From the NCBI GenBank assembly GCA_905216215.1, contig CAJMSZ010000002.1, positions 1,782 through 65,781 on the forward strand: a DNA stretch of 64,000 nt, given 5' to 3'. The notes below the pieces were generated by a model, which saw nothing but the letters and a program-made list of their open reading frames with translations, was not told the origin of the DNA and searched no databases. The first letter of the stretch is position 1, and each line of letters starts with the position of its first letter. This stretch comes from an uncultured bacterium (lineage in GTDB: Bacteria; Bacillota; Clostridia; Lachnospirales; Lachnospiraceae). Shown here piece by piece: positions 60,495 to 64,000 of this stretch. Position numbers and translations under genes: made by a program.

Positions 60495-62176
60495 ATATCG
60501 AAACAGCCGCCTCCTATAAATTCCCGAAGCAGGGAATTTGCAGGAATATCGGCATTTCCCAGTCCTACAAACTCGTCACGGAATTTGAGCAGTCGTTTGG
60601 CTTCTACATATACTTCACAGTCCATTTCAATTCCAAATAAAAGCGGCTCTACATAGGGTTTCAGCACTGCAAGCTCATACAGGAGTGCTGAGTTAAACAT
60701 AACATCCGCTTCCTCCTGATAAGGAAAAATATTTTTTTCCTCACCTCTGCGGACAGAATCCCACATGGCGATGGTCTGTTTTGCCGAAGCACCTCTTGTT
60801 CTGGCATCTCTGACCATACGACGCAGCAATCTACCGTCTGTAGACGAAATCCGATTGTGTTCATCTACATTTAACTGAGTCAGAGCACTGATGTAAATCT
60901 TGAATTTATGCTCCCTTGGAAGTCCATAAGTCAGGCGGTCATTCAGACAATGGATTCCTTCCAACAGGAGAATATCATTCTCTCCAATCTCCATGAAATC
61001 ACCCTTGAACTCCCGCTTTCCGGTCTTGAAATTGAATCTTGGAATTTCTACCCGCTTTCCGGCAAGCAATGCTTCCAAATCCTCATTTAACTTCTTCATA
61101 TCCACGCAGTCAATGCTCTCAAAATCTAATTTTCCATCCTTATCTCTCGGTGCAAACTCTCTGTCCACGAAATAATTATCCACAGCAAGTGCATGAGGCA
61201 CCAGTCCATTTACCCGGAGCTGGATTGCCAGCCTGTGGGAAAATGTTGTCTTTCCCGAAGAAGACGGACCTGCTATGAGCACAAATTTCTTCTCTGGCTG
61301 ACCGGCAATCTGATTGGCTATCTGTGCAATCTTCTTCTCCTGAAGTGCCTCTTGAACAAGAATCAGTTCCTGTGGGTCATGGTATACCACAACGCCATTT
61401 AAATCTGCCACGGTTTCAATTCCCATTCTTCCGCCTTCTGTGGTGGACTCTTTCAGTACCTGGAACAGTTTCTTGCTTGGCTTGAACTCCGGCACTTCTA
61501 TCGGATTTTCTGGAACCGGCATTTGCACCACCAGTCCTTCATCATACAGATATAATTTAAAATATTTTAAATAGCCTGTAGATGGCACCATATAGCCATA
61601 ATAATAATCTTCAAATTCATTGATACTATATACGTTTACAGCAGAGACTCTACGATAATGAAACAATTTCTCTTTGTCATACATTCCATACTGCTGAAAT
61701 CTCTGAATTGCCTCATCTGTATGAATCTTCTGTTTCATAATCGGCAGATTCATCTCTGCCAGCTCATGCATGCGGGCTTCTATATTTCCAAGCAATTCTT
61801 CATCCAGATTTACATTCCCTGCTATGGTAAAATAATACCCTCTGCTCACGGAAAATTGTGCCATGACCTTCTGAATTTTCTCGTGTCCGATGACATCATA
61901 AATTGCTTTCACTAACAGAAAGCTGATTCCTCTTTTGTAAGTCAGATTGCCAATCTCCGTTCCCGTAGTCACAAATCTCAGCTCGCTGTCGGTCTTTAAA
62001 CGCTTATGTAATTCCTGAAGTTTTCCATTTACAAATGCAAGTATAATATCATGCGGATAAGCACCCTGATTATCCTTCGCAATCTCCAGATAAGGAGTGC
62101 CTTTTGGATATTCCATTACCTTTCCATCTATGATTACACGCAACATTTCATTCATATTTGTATACCACCTTTTCAC
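60491..62176 (-). CDS. Uridine kinase-family protein with an N-terminal TGS/ThrRS-like region (nucleoside kinase).
   Basis: A C-terminal P-loop kinase domain (VLIAGPSSSGKTTFSHRLAIQL, DNYFVDRE) preceded by a region of about 280 aa. The probable start is MNEMLRVIIDGK at about 62155. Confidence 0.8.
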   Translation of the reverse strand: MKRWYTNMNEMLRVIIDGKVMEYPKGTPYLEIAKDNQGAYPHDIILAFVNGKLQELHKRLKTDSELRFVTTGTEIGNLTYKRGISFLLVKAIYDVIGHEKIQKVMAQFSVSRGYYFTIAGNVNLDEELLGNIEARMHELAEMNLPIMKQKIHTDEAIQRFQQYGMYDKEKLFHYRRVSAVNVYSINEFEDYYYGYMVPSTGYLKYFKLYLYDEGLVVQMPVPENPIEVPEFKPSKKLFQVLKESTTEGGRMGIETVADLNGVVVYHDPQELILVQEALQEKKIAQIANQIAGQPEKKFVLIAGPSSSGKTTFSHRLAIQLRVNGLVPHALAVDNYFVDREFAPRDKDGKLDFESIDCVDMKKLNEDLEALLAGKRVEIPRFNFKTGKREFKGDFMEIGENDILLLEGIHCLNDRLTYGLPREHKFKIYISALTQLNVDEHNRISSTDGRLLRRMVRDARTRGASAKQTIAMWDSVRRGEEKNIFPYQEEADVMFNSALLYELAVLKPYVEPLLFGIEMDCEVYVEAKRLLKFRDEFVGLGNADIPANSLLREFIGGGCFDI

Positions 62177-62185
62177 ACATTAGAT

Positions 62186-63010
62186 TTACAACACCTGAAA
62201 TGGGTGTTTTACCGGTGCAGTCTTTATTTCAATTTGCGGAAAATGCACTTGACAGAATTTATGCATATCTTCTACATAAATGTACTCTGTCCCGTAATGT
62301 CCTGCGTCAATCACGGTCAGTCCCTGTGCTACAGCATCGATTCCTTCGTGATGGTCTACATCTCCGGTAACCAGCACATCCGCCTGTTTTGCAAGTGCAT
62401 CGGAAATCACACTCTTTCCAGAGCCAGGGGAAACAGCAATCCGCTTTACCTTTGTTCCAAGATTACCAAACACTTTTACATTGGGAAGCATTAATTTTTC
62501 CTTCACAAACCCACAACATTGGGCCAATGTCATCTCACACTTCAGGCTTCCTACTCTGCCGATTCCCTCTTCTATTCCATTTTCCACACTGGTTACATCC
62601 AACACTTCCGCACCTTCCATATCAAGATATTCAGTGGCAAGTGCTGCCATTCCTTTCACATCATAATTTGTATGCATGGCATAATAGGAAAGGTCATTCT
62701 GAATCATTTTCATTAATCTGCGACCGATAAAATCCTGGTCTGTCACCCGTTTTACCGGCTTGAAAATCATCGGATGGTGGGTCAGAAGCATATCTGCGCC
62801 CCATGTTACCGCCTCATCTATGACTTCATCTGTGGCATCCAATGCAATATAGATTTTCTTTATTTCCTTATCCATTCTCCCGGCGAGAAGTCCTACGTTA
62901 TCCCATTCCAAGGCATAACGTGTGGGATACCTCTCTTCTATCTTCTGAATGATATCACTGCAAATCATCGTATCTTCCTCACTTTTTTCTATCATCCGCC
63001 ATTTATACAA
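62186..63010 (-). CDS. Nif3-like dinuclear metal centre protein (YqfO family).
   Basis: WDNVGLL, and the His cluster GADMLLTHHPMIF...HYGTE. Confidence 0.88.
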   Translation of the reverse strand: MYKWRMIEKSEEDTMICSDIIQKIEERYPTRYALEWDNVGLLAGRMDKEIKKIYIALDATDEVIDEAVTWGADMLLTHHPMIFKPVKRVTDQDFIGRRLMKMIQNDLSYYAMHTNYDVKGMAALATEYLDMEGAEVLDVTSVENGIEEGIGRVGSLKCEMTLAQCCGFVKEKLMLPNVKVFGNLGTKVKRIAVSPGSGKSVISDALAKQADVLVTGDVDHHEGIDAVAQGLTVIDAGHYGTEYIYVEDMHKFCQVHFPQIEIKTAPVKHPFQVL

Positions 63011-63018
63011 TCTGCTAT

Positions 63019-63768
63019 TTATGTAATCTGCCTTGTATAACCTGCCGTTTCCATAATCTGCTTTGCGAAATATGTTTCTAAAATATGCTGCACATGCTGA
63101 ATCTGTGCTTCTATTTCCTCACAGCGTTCCTTTGCCCGTTCGGTGTTCTGTTTTGCTAAAGATTCCAGTACTCCATGACAAATCTGGATTTCACGCTCCA
63201 GAAACTGCTTTAGTACAGGATGAGCCGTGGCAAGCAGATATTTCCCATATTCCAGTTCTTCCGGTTTCCAACTTTCCCCTGTCATTTCTCCTGGCTTTAC
63301 CTTCATCATAGGATAATATTTTCCATCTTCATAAATCATATCCTCTGCTAAAACTCTATAACCATTTTCCAACAGATACATTCTGAACTTTTCCAGTTCT
63401 GACTGAGGCTGAAGCACCAGCTCCTGTAACTGAAGAGTCATCTCCCGCCCTTCTTCCAGAATCTTTATCATCAAGGCACCGCCCATACCGGCAATTACCG
63501 CACAGTCAGCCTCTCCTGCCTGTAGCTTTGCCAGGCCATCTGACAGGCGAATCTGAATCCGGCCCTCCAATCCATGTGCTTTAATATGCTCTTCAGCCCG
63601 TTCCAGGGGGCCTTTATTGATGTCCATCGCAATCGCAGACGGAATCTTTCCCTTTTCTGTTAAATAAATCGGTATGTAGGCATGGTCCGTTCCAACATCA
63701 ACCAGTCTCATGCCCGGCGACACCAGATTTGCCACTGCCTGTAATCGTTTTGATAGCTCTATCTTCAT
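63019..63768 (-). CDS. trmK: tRNA (adenine22-N1)-methyltransferase TrmK (YqfN).
   Basis: LSKRLQAVANLVSPGMRLVDVGTDHAYIPIYL, and AGMGGALMIKIL. Confidence 0.88.
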   Translation of the reverse strand: MKIELSKRLQAVANLVSPGMRLVDVGTDHAYIPIYLTEKGKIPSAIAMDINKGPLERAEEHIKAHGLEGRIQIRLSDGLAKLQAGEADCAVIAGMGGALMIKILEEGREMTLQLQELVLQPQSELEKFRMYLLENGYRVLAEDMIYEDGKYYPMMKVKPGEMTGESWKPEELEYGKYLLATAHPVLKQFLEREIQICHGVLESLAKQNTERAKERCEEIEAQIQHVQHILETYFAKQIMETAGYTRQIT

Positions 63769-64000
63769 TATTCCAAATAGTCCTTTAATTTTCTGCTTCT
63801 GCTTGGATGACGCAGTTTTCGGAGTGCCTTTGCCTCAATCTGACGGATTCTCTCCCTGGTCACATCAAACTCTTTTCCCACCTCTTCCAGTGTTCTTGCG
63901 CGTCCGTCATCCAGTCCGAAACGTAGGCGAAGTACTTTCTGTTCCCGGTCAGTCAGTGTATCCATAGCCTCATCAAGCTGTTCTCTCAATAAAGTCTGGG
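63768..64000 (-). CDS. rpoD: RNA polymerase sigma factor RpoD/SigA, C-terminal region 4; the gene continues beyond the window end.
   Basis: [55 protein letters not shown] is a near-consensus sigma-70 region 4.2. Confidence 0.9.
   Translation of the reverse strand, partial: QTLLREQLDEAMDTLTDREQKVLRLRFGLDDGRARTLEEVGKEFDVTRERIRQIEAKALRKLRHPSRSRKLKDYLE

Overview
This 64 kb window reads as a core chromosomal segment of a spore-forming Clostridia (Lachnospiraceae-like) Firmicute. GC content is about 40-45% and the region is densely coding, mostly on the minus strand. I see no mobile elements, CRISPR arrays or tRNAs.

Gene content, in order along the window:
- Branched-chain amino acid genes: ilvE (partial), ilvN and ilvB behind a T-box leader and a consensus promoter.
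- thyA-folA, then a MarR regulator divergent from a zinc-ribbon tail-anchored protein.
- groES-groEL with a CIRCE operator, then codY, topA, dprA and comM.
- A sigK-like sporulation sigma factor with no pro-sequence.
- A U32 peptidase/O-methyltransferase pair (TrhP/TrmR-like), RNase J, and the DUF1292-ruvX-ireB cluster.
- mtaB, a degenerate HPr-like protein, thiI plus cysteine desulfurase, rsmE, prmA, a DUF815 ATPase and pheA.
- A TPM / zinc-ribbon / SPFH module resembling B. subtilis ydjGHI.
- pyrBI, then a type-A RNase P RNA gene (rnpB) on the minus strand.
- rnhA, mogA, spoIVA, gpsA, plsY, der, a DUF512 protein and prs.
- aroB-aroF behind a T-box, aroE, and a membrane polysaccharide deacetylase.
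- serA-serC-ilvB2-ilvD-leuB, yajC, tgt, and an L,D-transpeptidase with an acidic-repeat N-terminus.
- A repeat- and palindrome-rich divergent region upstream of aroC, then rluA, a TGS-uridine-kinase-like protein, nif3, trmK and the 3' end of rpoD.

The most unusual non-coding signal is the 400-bp region between the L,D-transpeptidase gene and aroC (58069-58467). It holds a perfect 25-bp palindrome and two 45-nt tandem units, each of which folds into a nested hairpin.

No single obviously novel multi-gene system stands out. The best candidates for follow-up are:
- the aroC upstream element;
- the SigK gene without a pro-sequence;
- the ydjGHI-like module without pspA;
- the KKKRPV-repeat zinc-ribbon protein;
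- the His15-less HPr paralogue.
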